A stretch of DNA of 64,000 nt from Thermoproteota archaeon (lineage in GTDB: Archaea; Thermoproteota; Thermoprotei; Thermofilales; B9-G17). Every line of letters begins with the position of its first letter. Within the stretch, counting starts at the first letter, position 1. Where the stretch lies: positions 64,001 through 128,000 of the forward strand of contig JAPDJW010000003.1 of assembly GCA_029258885.1 (NCBI GenBank). The letters run 5' to 3'. Below, piece by piece: positions 40,366 to 49,516 of this stretch. The notes under the pieces were generated by a model that saw only the letters and a program-made list of their open reading frames with translations, was not told the origin of the DNA and ran no database searches. A program made the position numbers and the translations under genes.

Positions 40366-40421
40366 TGATCGACACCTGATATATTTATCTGAGAACATAT
40401 TAATTTGTATGTTCATAATCG

Positions 40422-42389
40422 TCACCAGGGAAGTATCCAGGTAGCCTTAGACAACATAACGATCGACGTGGCTATGCCCACTACGACTGCTTCGCCTGTA
40501 GCTACTCCAGCTACTATAACGCCTCTATTCTTCCTCCACCAGTTCTCCCCGTACATTCTGGCCAGAAATCTGGCGATAATAGCGCCTATAATAAGACTTA
40601 TCGAGTTTGCGGGCAGTATATATGTCCCGGCGACGAGGCCGACTATGGAGAAGGGGAAGTTAAGGATTCTACTTAAAGTATCCCCGATAAACGCTACAGC
40701 TAACACCAGTATGAAGGAGTACAATATGGTGTCAACCTTCACTCCTATCTGTCTGCTAATCCACAACGCGCTTGTAGCTACGCTTACAGGCCACTGTATG
40801 TTCGTGAATGGGTATAGCGACGAGGGTATTGGAGCTATGCTCCAGAAGAAGGATACGTATATGAAGCTAAATACCGTATAGAGTACGACGGCCGTAAAAT
40901 ATGCCTTAAAGAAGTCCTCGGGCCTTGTCTCTGTTAGGAAGGCTGCCTTTATGGTGTTTCCCCATTGGGGCGAAGCTGTGAAAGGTAGGCCAAGCTGGGA
41001 TACTGTCGGAGTTAAACCGCTGAACATGGGGGAGAAGAGCCATGCATCCACCTTAGGATATCCTGAGCCAATTACGGCAAGCTGCCATATATAGGGTATC
41101 GATATCGGATAGCCTGATTCAGCTATGCTTCTTGAAGCAACCAGCGAGTAGGTGAATCCTCCCCCTATAGCGATTAAGATCGCCAGCCATAGGGGGAAGT
41201 CGGGTACTATTAGATGAAACAGCAGTATTGATCCCAGAGATCCTGCTAAATAGAGCGTAGCTAGCGTTTTCAGACTTATATATCCCTTCCTTAAGACGTC
41301 AGTCCTAAGTCTGGATAGGCTCTTAAATGCCGATACAATGCTTCTTCTACTCTTAAATATTGAGAACACGGCTACCGCTAGTGCAAAGCCTATAAATGGA
41401 GTTATCCATACCCTGAGGAAGGATCTTTGGTAAACGGTTGATATGGTCATGCCTCTTGCCCATTCAATAGCCCATTCCTTAAAGTAATTAGCTAAGTAAG
41501 TTCTAGTTAGATAATTGCCGAAAACCCATACAGCTATTGATCCTATAAACATATAGACCACGGTGTGGAATGGAATTAAGAATGCTCCAGTAAATGTTAG
41601 AGGATCTGTTGCGAGGCCTAAGATAGCGCCCGGAAGGATATTTTCGATCCCAAAGGGGCCAGTAGTCAAATCGAGCCATGGAATTGGTATTACAACAATT
41701 CGGGTATTAAATAGACCTAACGAAATCGTCGGAACCCCATAGAGTATTATCGAATATATGGCGCCTAAAATAGCACTTGTTGTGAATATTCTCATCCTAT
41801 CCTCCTCTCTCTCAGCTAATGTAATGCACATCTGGGCTGGAAACTCGGCAAAGGGATAGGGTAGCTTCTCTTCCTCTATGAAGATGTAGGCCATTATGTA
41901 TGCTAACGCAACTTCCTGAATAAGCCATAAAAATATCTGAACCAAATATAGTGAGACTGGTATTATCCACTTTGAATTAAGAAAGCTTCTAACGGCTGTA
42001 GCTGGTAGTCTGGGAACCCACCATTCAGGAATTACTTCACTTAGAGGTTTTCCAGAATAAGGATCGTAGAAGGACTTCGATATGGGCGAAGTGAAGAAGT
42101 AAAATCTATAGACGAACTCTAAAAATGGAGCTCCTAAGAGAACTGGCGCTGCGGCCTGATATATTATGAATATCTCCTGCTTAGTTAGGGGCTTATCCAT
42201 AAGCCTCGAAATTTCTGTAAAAAGTATTGCGGTTATGTATGTTATAGCGCTTGCTAGGATAGCACCTGAAGTAAGCTGAATATATATCGATACCGGGAGT
42301 AGGAGTGAAGCTGCAACAAATATCGCAAGAAAAGATCTAAATGTATATCCTTTTTTTAAAACATATTCTTCACTCACATAATCACCCAT
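40422..42389 (-). CDS. OPT-superfamily-like multipass membrane transporter
   Basis: Over 12 TM; GYTFRS, KQEIF, EEEKLPYP motifs. Confidence 0.75.
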   Translation of the reverse strand: MGDYVSEEYVLKKGYTFRSFLAIFVAASLLLPVSIYIQLTSGAILASAITYITAILFTEISRLMDKPLTKQEIFIIYQAAAPVLLGAPFLEFVYRFYFFTSPISKSFYDPYSGKPLSEVIPEWWVPRLPATAVRSFLNSKWIIPVSLYLVQIFLWLIQEVALAYIMAYIFIEEEKLPYPFAEFPAQMCITLAEREEDRMRIFTTSAILGAIYSIILYGVPTISLGLFNTRIVVIPIPWLDLTTGPFGIENILPGAILGLATDPLTFTGAFLIPFHTVVYMFIGSIAVWVFGNYLTRTYLANYFKEWAIEWARGMTISTVYQRSFLRVWITPFIGFALAVAVFSIFKSRRSIVSAFKSLSRLRTDVLRKGYISLKTLATLYLAGSLGSILLFHLIVPDFPLWLAILIAIGGGFTYSLVASRSIAESGYPISIPYIWQLAVIGSGYPKVDAWLFSPMFSGLTPTVSQLGLPFTASPQWGNTIKAAFLTETRPEDFFKAYFTAVVLYTVFSFIYVSFFWSIAPIPSSLYPFTNIQWPVSVATSALWISRQIGVKVDTILYSFILVLAVAFIGDTLSRILNFPFSIVGLVAGTYILPANSISLIIGAIIARFLARMYGENWWRKNRGVIVAGVATGEAVVVGIATSIVMLSKATWILPW

Positions 42390-42436
42390 TTACTACATAA
42401 AAATAAAAAGAAGGAGGGTTTGATATCTTTAGCTAT

Positions 42437-44449
42437 CTACATGAGCTTAGGCAGACCTATCATGAATGTTGCTAGGAACGCTACTAGGGAGGCGTTTACT
42501 CCGTAGCCTACTAGGTATCCGATTATAAACGGTGTAGCCTTCTCTTCAAACAGTTTTGATCCTCCAATTCTAAGTATTATATATTTGATTATTAGTGAGA
42601 ATATTGGCGGTATCCAAACCCATGTTGTAGTTGGTAATATTAGGAATGCCAATGGATCTATGAAGAACCACGCAAACTTTGTCCTAAGGAAGTAGAGTAT
42701 GAAGGTAATTATTATTCCGCCTATCATTAGACCATATCTCTCAGCCGGATCGAATGCTAATATTGTTGGAGTCCCCTTAACCCATGAATATACTTCAGGC
42801 GATACCCACATATAGAAGGGTGGGCCTGGGGGTCCATTGTTAGCTAAACCTCCGATTGCGTGGTACCACCATATAACTAGCGGTGTAGTTATGATTGCAG
42901 CGGATATAATGGTTATCACTGCGGTGAAGAATAAGTCTCTTCCAAGAGTGTTTGTTGTGGGGCCGAGCCTATATATCTTAAACTGGTGGTGCATTGTAAG
43001 GTTGCTTATTCTCTGCCCGGTGTTAGCTGCACCAGTTACTAAGGTGAATGTAACTAATGCCGTCTGGTTTTCAGCTGGTGGAACTGGAGGCCATGCACCC
43101 ATTATTGCGCCAGCATCATATCTAAACCAGTTAAAGGCATGCCCATAGGGCATGAACTCGAAAGATACTCCCATAAGCCTTGTCCATCCATATAGCATTA
43201 GTATGTGGAGTATCATGAATACAAGTACTACTAGGAATGGAACACCGCTACCTAGTAAGAATATTAGGAACAATATTGATATAGCTACTGTGCCGACTGA
43301 TAGCAGCCTATATGATAAGCCGCTGTCCTCCATTTTAGCATACTCCTTATCCCATAAGGCCCTAAGTATATTCAGGAAGTGTTCCCTGTGGTTATAGACG
43401 ACCCACAGACCTACGCCGAGACCTATACCCCAGATACAGAATAGGTGCCACTTAAATGGACCATATCTTAAACCATAGTACGCGGCATTTGTCTCTACGC
43501 CCGGGCTATAGGGTAGTATTCCCGTGGTAACTCCTACTACTGGATATAGCACTGCGAATATAAACCAGCCTATAATAATTGTTATCAAGAAGTCAGTTGG
43601 CGTAAACATCCATATTAGAATGTCAGTAACTCTAACGTTTCCATAGAAGAAGGCTCCCGGAAGTATACCCTTAGTATAGGGAGTTAAGTCGATTGTGTAA
43701 ACGCCCAGATAGGCGGAAGAAGGTACGGTAGGTATGAAGTATCTTAGGGTATCTAAGAAGGTCATTAGGAATCCGAGCACGAAAGCAACCCAGAATATCT
43801 TAGTAGCCGTATTCTTAAAGTTAAATAGCCAAACCTTACCGTCAACCTCCTTAGTAGCATATTCTATTAGGTAGACGCCTGGAAGTATGCCGGGGAACGG
43901 AAGCTGCTCAACCTCTATCAGCGGTTTTCTAAGCCAGTATCCCCAGAATGTCTCGAACAACATGTAGAGTATAAGGAATAGAGTCCAGTAGATTATATGT
44001 GGCATCCATGCGCCCCAGTCCAGGTATCCGCCATTCCAGAAGTTTTCTAATGCAGTGCCGCTTGGAGAGAAGTATGGTGGTATCATATCCCATACATCCT
44101 TAAATGCCTCAGTATGCCTCATATAAACTGGAATAAGCTGAGCCCAACTGGGTATCTGGCAGGTGCTATAGGCGCCTGACATATATACTCCATATGTGAA
44201 TGTGTTAGCTACCAGGAAGAAGAGGGCGAAGAGTATAGCGTACTCTTGAGGAGCTAGTTTAATCTTATTCCTCAGTAGGTAGAGTATCACTATTACGACT
44301 ATGAAGGGTGGAGGGAACCATACCCTATAAGCCCACCATAGTGTAAGCGATGAGTTAATAATTGACTGGAAGAAGTTTAGTAGTACGACAATGGGTATCA
44401 GTACAATTATCCATGGTTTAAGATAACTCCTTCTAACTTCCTCTCCCAT
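42437..44449 (-). CDS. DUF6785-like multipass membrane protein (OPT-related)
   Basis: Over 12 TM; IEVEQLPFP, FFIDP, IGGSKLFEE; ATG 44449 after GGTG. Confidence 0.7.
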   Translation of the reverse strand: MGEEVRRSYLKPWIIVLIPIVVLLNFFQSIINSSLTLWWAYRVWFPPPFIVVIVILYLLRNKIKLAPQEYAILFALFFLVANTFTYGVYMSGAYSTCQIPSWAQLIPVYMRHTEAFKDVWDMIPPYFSPSGTALENFWNGGYLDWGAWMPHIIYWTLFLILYMLFETFWGYWLRKPLIEVEQLPFPGILPGVYLIEYATKEVDGKVWLFNFKNTATKIFWVAFVLGFLMTFLDTLRYFIPTVPSSAYLGVYTIDLTPYTKGILPGAFFYGNVRVTDILIWMFTPTDFLITIIIGWFIFAVLYPVVGVTTGILPYSPGVETNAAYYGLRYGPFKWHLFCIWGIGLGVGLWVVYNHREHFLNILRALWDKEYAKMEDSGLSYRLLSVGTVAISILFLIFLLGSGVPFLVVLVFMILHILMLYGWTRLMGVSFEFMPYGHAFNWFRYDAGAIMGAWPPVPPAENQTALVTFTLVTGAANTGQRISNLTMHHQFKIYRLGPTTNTLGRDLFFTAVITIISAAIITTPLVIWWYHAIGGLANNGPPGPPFYMWVSPEVYSWVKGTPTILAFDPAERYGLMIGGIIITFILYFLRTKFAWFFIDPLAFLILPTTTWVWIPPIFSLIIKYIILRIGGSKLFEEKATPFIIGYLVGYGVNASLVAFLATFMIGLPKLM

Positions 44450-44622
44450 AAGAAACACCAATGTAAAATAAAATTTTAAGTATTTAAGTTTGGATATTTT
44501 TATTAATCAAAAAATTTTTTTAAAATTTAAAAATATTTATATTCAAGAAAATAATATAAAATATGGTTTTAAATTTGCTTTAGAATAAAGATTTAGCATT
44601 AACTTGGAATTCTATTATTGAG

Positions 44623-44735
44623 AAGCACTACGGGATAGATAAGGGGAAGGATTTCAGGCTTCAGGAAGGAAGATCGCCTTGAGGACAGAGGATGACGTTG
44701 TAGTGGATACATATGCATGGATAGAGTTTTCAGTA
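44623..44735 (+). pseudogene. relic of a VapB-VapC toxin-antitoxin junction
   Basis: KHYGIDKGK, shifted frame ISGFRKEDRLEDRG* (antitoxin-like tail); stop overlaps ATG 44692, then shifted frame VVVDTYAWIEF (PIN beta1 Asp motif). Confidence 0.6.
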
Positions 44736-44861
44736 TGTAGTATATCGATATTGTTACTCTATAATTATGAATGCTAGGATTCGCTAACATTTGGTCCAGA
44801 GTCCTTGACTATTATATCAATGACCTTAGAGTTATATTCAGCTTTACGTCTATAGCTATCG

Positions 44862-45305
44862 GTGGAGTGTATGGAGTCTGATAAAACCTTTGAAGCTATT
44901 GCTCATCCATTAAGGATAAAGATATTGAAGTTGCTGGCAGAGAGACCTATGAGTTTCTCCGAGTTAAAGAGGAGGCTTGGAATAAAGAGTAGCGGTAAGC
45001 TGGATTTCCACTTGAAGAAACTAGACAACTTAATAGTTTTAGATGAAGATGGAAAATACACGTTGACTAGAGAGGGCTATGCGGCACTACAGGCTATTAT
45101 CACAATTAAAAGGTATGGATGGCAGAAGAGAGCCTTCATATTAAATACAGCAGTCTACATTGCGGTTATGATCTATACAGAGTGTGTTATAGTGTGGAGA
45201 GGATTTAGCCCGCTATACGTTGCTGTAATGGTGCTTACATCACTCTGGTACGTATACTACTTCTATGTATCTATTGTGAAGAGGAAGGTCTTTAAAGTAT
45301 GTTAG
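44862..45305 (+). CDS. ArsR-type HTH regulator with two C-terminal TM helices
   Basis: AIAHPLRIKILKLL...SFSELKRRLG...LDFHLKKL, then hydrophobic tail. Confidence 0.85.
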   Translation: MECMESDKTFEAIAHPLRIKILKLLAERPMSFSELKRRLGIKSSGKLDFHLKKLDNLIVLDEDGKYTLTREGYAALQAIITIKRYGWQKRAFILNTAVYIAVMIYTECVIVWRGFSPLYVAVMVLTSLWYVYYFYVSIVKRKVFKVC

Positions 45306-45346
45306 GGGGCGAGTTTTCGTAGGCTGATGAAGGGGGTGCTGGAGGC

Positions 45347-46273
45347 ATGGGGATGAGGGTTATTGAGGTTGAAAATTTAGCTAAAGAGTTCAATGGGAGA
45401 ACAGTGCTACGTGGGATAACTTTCCACGTTAGGAGGGGTGAGGTCTTTGGTCTACTTGGACCTAATGGTTCGGGTAAAACAACGACGATGAGGATAATTC
45501 TTGGATTGCTTAAGCCGACTTCGGGGAAGGTACGTGTTCTCGGCGGTTCGCTGGCGGACGACGCCAAGCTTAGGAGTAGAGTCGGCGTAGTGTTGGAGGG
45601 TGATGGCTTGTTTACTAGACTTTCAGCCTATGAAAATCTCGACTTTTACGCTAGAATCTACGGGTTAAGGGACGGTGTGGAGAGAAGAGAGAGGATTAGG
45701 GAGCTACTGGAGCTCGTAGGCTTATATGATGTGAGAAATATGAAGGTGGGTTATTTTTCCAAGGGTATGAGGAGGAGGCTTGCGCTAGCTAGAGCACTAA
45801 TTCACTATCCTGAAGTATTGCTTCTCGATGAGCCGACTTCTGGTTTAGACCCTGAGGCGAAGGCTATGGTAAGGGATCTGGTGATCAAGCTCTCTAGGGG
45901 TGATGGAGTAACAGTTCTCTATACATCCCATGACCTGAATGAGGTTGAAAAAGTATGCTCTAGGATAGCAGTGCTAGTGAAAGGTAGGATAATAGTTCAA
46001 GGTGTGCTTAACGACCTACTTGAGGAATGTAGCGGACAGGTAATGGAGGTATGTTTCACTAGTAGTGATGATGCGTCTAAAGCTTTCGAGTACTTGAGGA
46101 TGTTGGACTATGTACCAGAATGCAGGATGTATGGGAAAACTGTGCATCTGGTAACACTTGGCAATACACGCAGGCTTCTAAGAGACCTTGTGGAAATGAA
46201 CCTTGGAGTTGAGGAGGTAAGGAGGGTAAGGAGGACTCTCGAGGAGATATATCTAGAGCTTGTTAGGAGGTGA
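45347..46273 (+). CDS. ABC exporter ATP-binding subunit
   Basis: GPNGSGKT, FSKGMRRR, LLDEP, TSH. Confidence 0.95.
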   Translation: MGMRVIEVENLAKEFNGRTVLRGITFHVRRGEVFGLLGPNGSGKTTTMRIILGLLKPTSGKVRVLGGSLADDAKLRSRVGVVLEGDGLFTRLSAYENLDFYARIYGLRDGVERRERIRELLELVGLYDVRNMKVGYFSKGMRRRLALARALIHYPEVLLLDEPTSGLDPEAKAMVRDLVIKLSRGDGVTVLYTSHDLNEVEKVCSRIAVLVKGRIIVQGVLNDLLEECSGQVMEVCFTSSDDASKAFEYLRMLDYVPECRMYGKTVHLVTLGNTRRLLRDLVEMNLGVEEVRRVRRTLEEIYLELVRR

Positions 46274-46944
46274 ACTCAAATATGATAGGAGTTATTGTAT
46301 GGAAAGAGCTTAAGGAGAGTACGAGGGACAGAAACCTACTATCCAGTATAGTGGGCGTAGCAATACTATTAATGCTTTTAAATTTATCGTCGAGATTCCC
46401 AACCGTCAGTGTGGAGTTTCTTGTACTCTATATGGCGCCGTGTATAGGCGTTTTCATAGGATTTAGTATGAGCAGTAGATTTGTAAGGGAGAAGCGGGAG
46501 GGAACTATAGAGACTATGCTCTGTACTCCGCTGACGCTGAAAGAACTATGGCTTGGTAAAGTAATTGGACTAGCATTACCATCATATGCCGTTACCTTAA
46601 CCTCAATGCTTATTCTAGCATATTTTAAAGGCTATATCATGAAGGAGGCTATAACGATATATTTAACGCTGGCAGTGCCCATCCTCATAGCATCGGTTAT
46701 TGGTTTACTCGGATTCCTCTATTACGTCCTAGGTATGAGGCAAATACAAGCACTTAACTACCTAGTATTCCTTACATTATTCACATTATTCTTCGCATTA
46801 ACTAGGAGCTTAACGAGAGGGGTCATCACTATAACGTGGGAGATTATAGGAGCTGTGCTGGCCTTCTCAGCAATGATTCTGTACATAGTAGCCTATCTGA
46901 TAACTCGCCTAGACAAGGAGAGGATAGTAACCACACTAGACTAA
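46270..46944 (+). CDS. ABC-2 type exporter permease
   Basis: EKREGTIETMLCTP...GK motif; 6 TM. Confidence 0.9.
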   Translation: MNSNMIGVIVWKELKESTRDRNLLSSIVGVAILLMLLNLSSRFPTVSVEFLVLYMAPCIGVFIGFSMSSRFVREKREGTIETMLCTPLTLKELWLGKVIGLALPSYAVTLTSMLILAYFKGYIMKEAITIYLTLAVPILIASVIGLLGFLYYVLGMRQIQALNYLVFLTLFTLFFALTRSLTRGVITITWEIIGAVLAFSAMILYIVAYLITRLDKERIVTTLD

Positions 46945-47548
46945 AATTTATATTTAAGTTTTCAATAAACTGAATCCGAATGATGAAGTATCAAAATATT
47001 AGGTTTATTATAAATTTTTGTTCTTGACTTTAGGCTGAATAATTTTTAGGCAATTTTATTGTTCTATGCCTAAGCCTAACGTAAAGCCCAAATAACCGTC
47101 ACAGCCTTAGTGAGCAAGACTCACCTAAAGTAGCTACAAGAGCGTAAATTTTAGCTTTAAATAATCAATATAGTATATCTCACTATGCGAGTGAGGACAT
47201 AGTAGATATTTAAAATAAGTTTTAGCTTGAGGCTAAAAGATACGTTGATTTGACAGATTAGCATATAGCCTTATTCAGTAAGAAAGGAGGTTTTTCATAG
47301 AAAACCTAGACAAAATACTGTTAAGCATGTTAAACTTTCTCTGGATCCAGTAAAGGCACGTTAATTCTAACAATATCCGTTTCAGTGGTTTTACCTGAGC
47401 ATACTAATTAAGCTTAGGTCTATATATCTCCGTAAAACCTTAACATTTCTGATTCTGCTTTTTATGGGAGAGTTAGGGTGATATAAATTATATTGAGTGG
47501 TTATATATAATACATGTATCTATTATTTGACACTAGTGGTGTATCTCT

Positions 47549-48706
47549 GTGGAGGCCGGAAGAAGGTATCACTTTTATATATGCGGTAGCCCAGGTGCAT
47601 GGGATGAGTATAATCCCTTCTATGTAATAAGTCAAAAGAACGTTTCTAAAGTTCTTAACCTCATTATCGAAGCGCCCCTTAAATTTAATCAAATAGTTGA
47701 GAAAACAGGTCTGAGCGAAAGCAATGTCTTTGATGCTATCGAAAAACTTAGGAAAATAGATGCTGTCAAAATATTGGGTAATGTCGTAATGCCTAATTTC
47801 GTAGTTCTCTTTAAGAAAGATATTTTCATGATTAAAGAGGCTACTAAGAGCCATGCACTAAAGCTTGCAGAAAGGATCATAGAGATTTGGGATACTATTA
47901 AAGATAAGTTGCTGAAAGTTAAGTGCACTGAAATTGTTGGATTAAGAAAAGTTGCCTTCGCAGTTATAGGAGCTTATGCTTTAGATTTAACTGGGGTCCA
48001 AATTCTTCTAGAGGAAGACTTGGCGGTGTGTGGTGAGAAAAAGCCTGGTGATAGATATTATACTCTCTATGCGAGGGAGAGCTTTAGAAATTACAAGAAA
48101 CTCATAGATAGCATATTCTGGGGGTGTCATAGAGCAGTGGATAATGAATTAGGTTTTTACAGTTTTGGGGACCATTCGGGAACAAGATTTGCAATTCCTG
48201 ATAGAAGCTTAAAGGACGAGCTTAAGGTGGATGTCGAGGAGAAGATACTCAGGTTAATTGCTTACAATTTAATGCTTAAGTCGATTAAGGGTGAACTAAG
48301 CATAGACGCTGATGATGGATTCGGAGGCAGGTTAATTGAAATCCTAGTAGATATGAGCTACTTGAAGGTTGAAGGTGAAAAGTTAAGACTAAATTATCCT
48401 CTCTTTCTTGAAGAAGATGGGGATCTCATTGAATCAGTAGTAGATACACTTAAGCCAGCTATAAGAAAAACAGCCATTGAAGGCTACAGGTTAATGGAAA
48501 AAGAGCTGGCCGATATAACGCCGTTAAAGAGAGGATATAGTCTGAAAACGATATACAATGAGGTTTGGCACTGGATATTCGGCCGTGCGAATAAGATTCT
48601 AGCTAAAAAGGGGTACTTATACTATCCGCCTAAAAAACGACCTCAGGAGGGTAGATATATGCCATGGATTCAAAAATTTAAAGGATCGGATAGGCATAAA
48701 TTGTAA
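47549..48706 (+). CDS. hypothetical protein with N-terminal HTH
   Basis: 385-aa ORF; LKFNQIVEKTGLSESNVFDAIEKL HTH-like segment. Confidence 0.65.
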   Translation: MEAGRRYHFYICGSPGAWDEYNPFYVISQKNVSKVLNLIIEAPLKFNQIVEKTGLSESNVFDAIEKLRKIDAVKILGNVVMPNFVVLFKKDIFMIKEATKSHALKLAERIIEIWDTIKDKLLKVKCTEIVGLRKVAFAVIGAYALDLTGVQILLEEDLAVCGEKKPGDRYYTLYARESFRNYKKLIDSIFWGCHRAVDNELGFYSFGDHSGTRFAIPDRSLKDELKVDVEEKILRLIAYNLMLKSIKGELSIDADDGFGGRLIEILVDMSYLKVEGEKLRLNYPLFLEEDGDLIESVVDTLKPAIRKTAIEGYRLMEKELADITPLKRGYSLKTIYNEVWHWIFGRANKILAKKGYLYYPPKKRPQEGRYMPWIQKFKGSDRHKL

Positions 48707-48848
48707 CAATTTTATGTGGATAACAATTTATCTTTCTATATCGATATAATAATACGGTGGTTGAACTTGGTTAGATATCCTAGGAGAGTAGGACATATTT
48801 TTATTAGAAGACGTAGAGTAGGCCACATATGGCTTCGTGGTGTACCAT

Positions 48849-49274
48849 ATGGCCGTAAGGGTGAGGCTAAAGATAAATGCAGGAGATAAGGTATTGTTAA
48901 CTTCGGCACTTGTAAACAGTGGCTTTGAGACGGAGAAGCCTCAGTTAATGGTTCCAGTTAAACTCGCTAAAGAGCTCGGACTATGGCCACCTCCACCAGA
49001 TGCTACTTTAGTTGAATTGGGTACGGCCGGTGGACCTGTCAGAAAGTACCTGGTTAGGGATATTCTTAAAGTCTATGCTGTTGAAGATGATAGAACAGTT
49101 GGACCCGTTGAGTGTGACGCTATAATTTCTCCAATAGAGGAGGAGGTTCTTATAAATGATAAATTAGGAGGGGCATTAGGCATCGTTATACTAGATTTAG
49201 CGGAAGGATTATGGAGATTTAAGGACGAGAAAGATATTGAAAGGAGAAGCTATCCTCCACGCTACTGGAGTTAA
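48849..49274 (+). CDS. retropepsin-like fold protein with Asn at the catalytic position
   Basis: ALVNSGFE in place of DTG; EEVLINDKLGGALGI; ATG 48849 preferred. Confidence 0.6.
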   Translation: MAVRVRLKINAGDKVLLTSALVNSGFETEKPQLMVPVKLAKELGLWPPPPDATLVELGTAGGPVRKYLVRDILKVYAVEDDRTVGPVECDAIISPIEEEVLINDKLGGALGIVILDLAEGLWRFKDEKDIERRSYPPRYWS

Positions 49275-49516
49275 ATTAGTTTCGAATATAAATATTATCA
49301 AATACTACTATAATGAAATATAGTTGTTTGGTGGCTTCTTAGGTATGTGGATAAGTGTTCCTTTTATTCCTCCATAGGTCTTTTATTATCAAAGGCTTCC
49401 CAAAATATAGGGTCTAATGCCTTGGAAACATTTCATAAATAATATGATAGCTAAAGCTGTTGTGATGGACGAATAGTACATAAGGCTTATAAAAAATGGA
49501 AGCTTACACTTAAGCG

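Noticed and set aside
40366-40425. ORF-track start of the giant permease
   Set aside because: The signal peptide begins at MKARIAL (40365); the extra 20 codons look non-coding
48767-48889. 40-aa Arg-rich ORF with repeated RRVGHI
   Set aside because: Overlaps the next gene by 41 bp, starts with TTG, and no family is recognised; the repeat is only two imperfect copies
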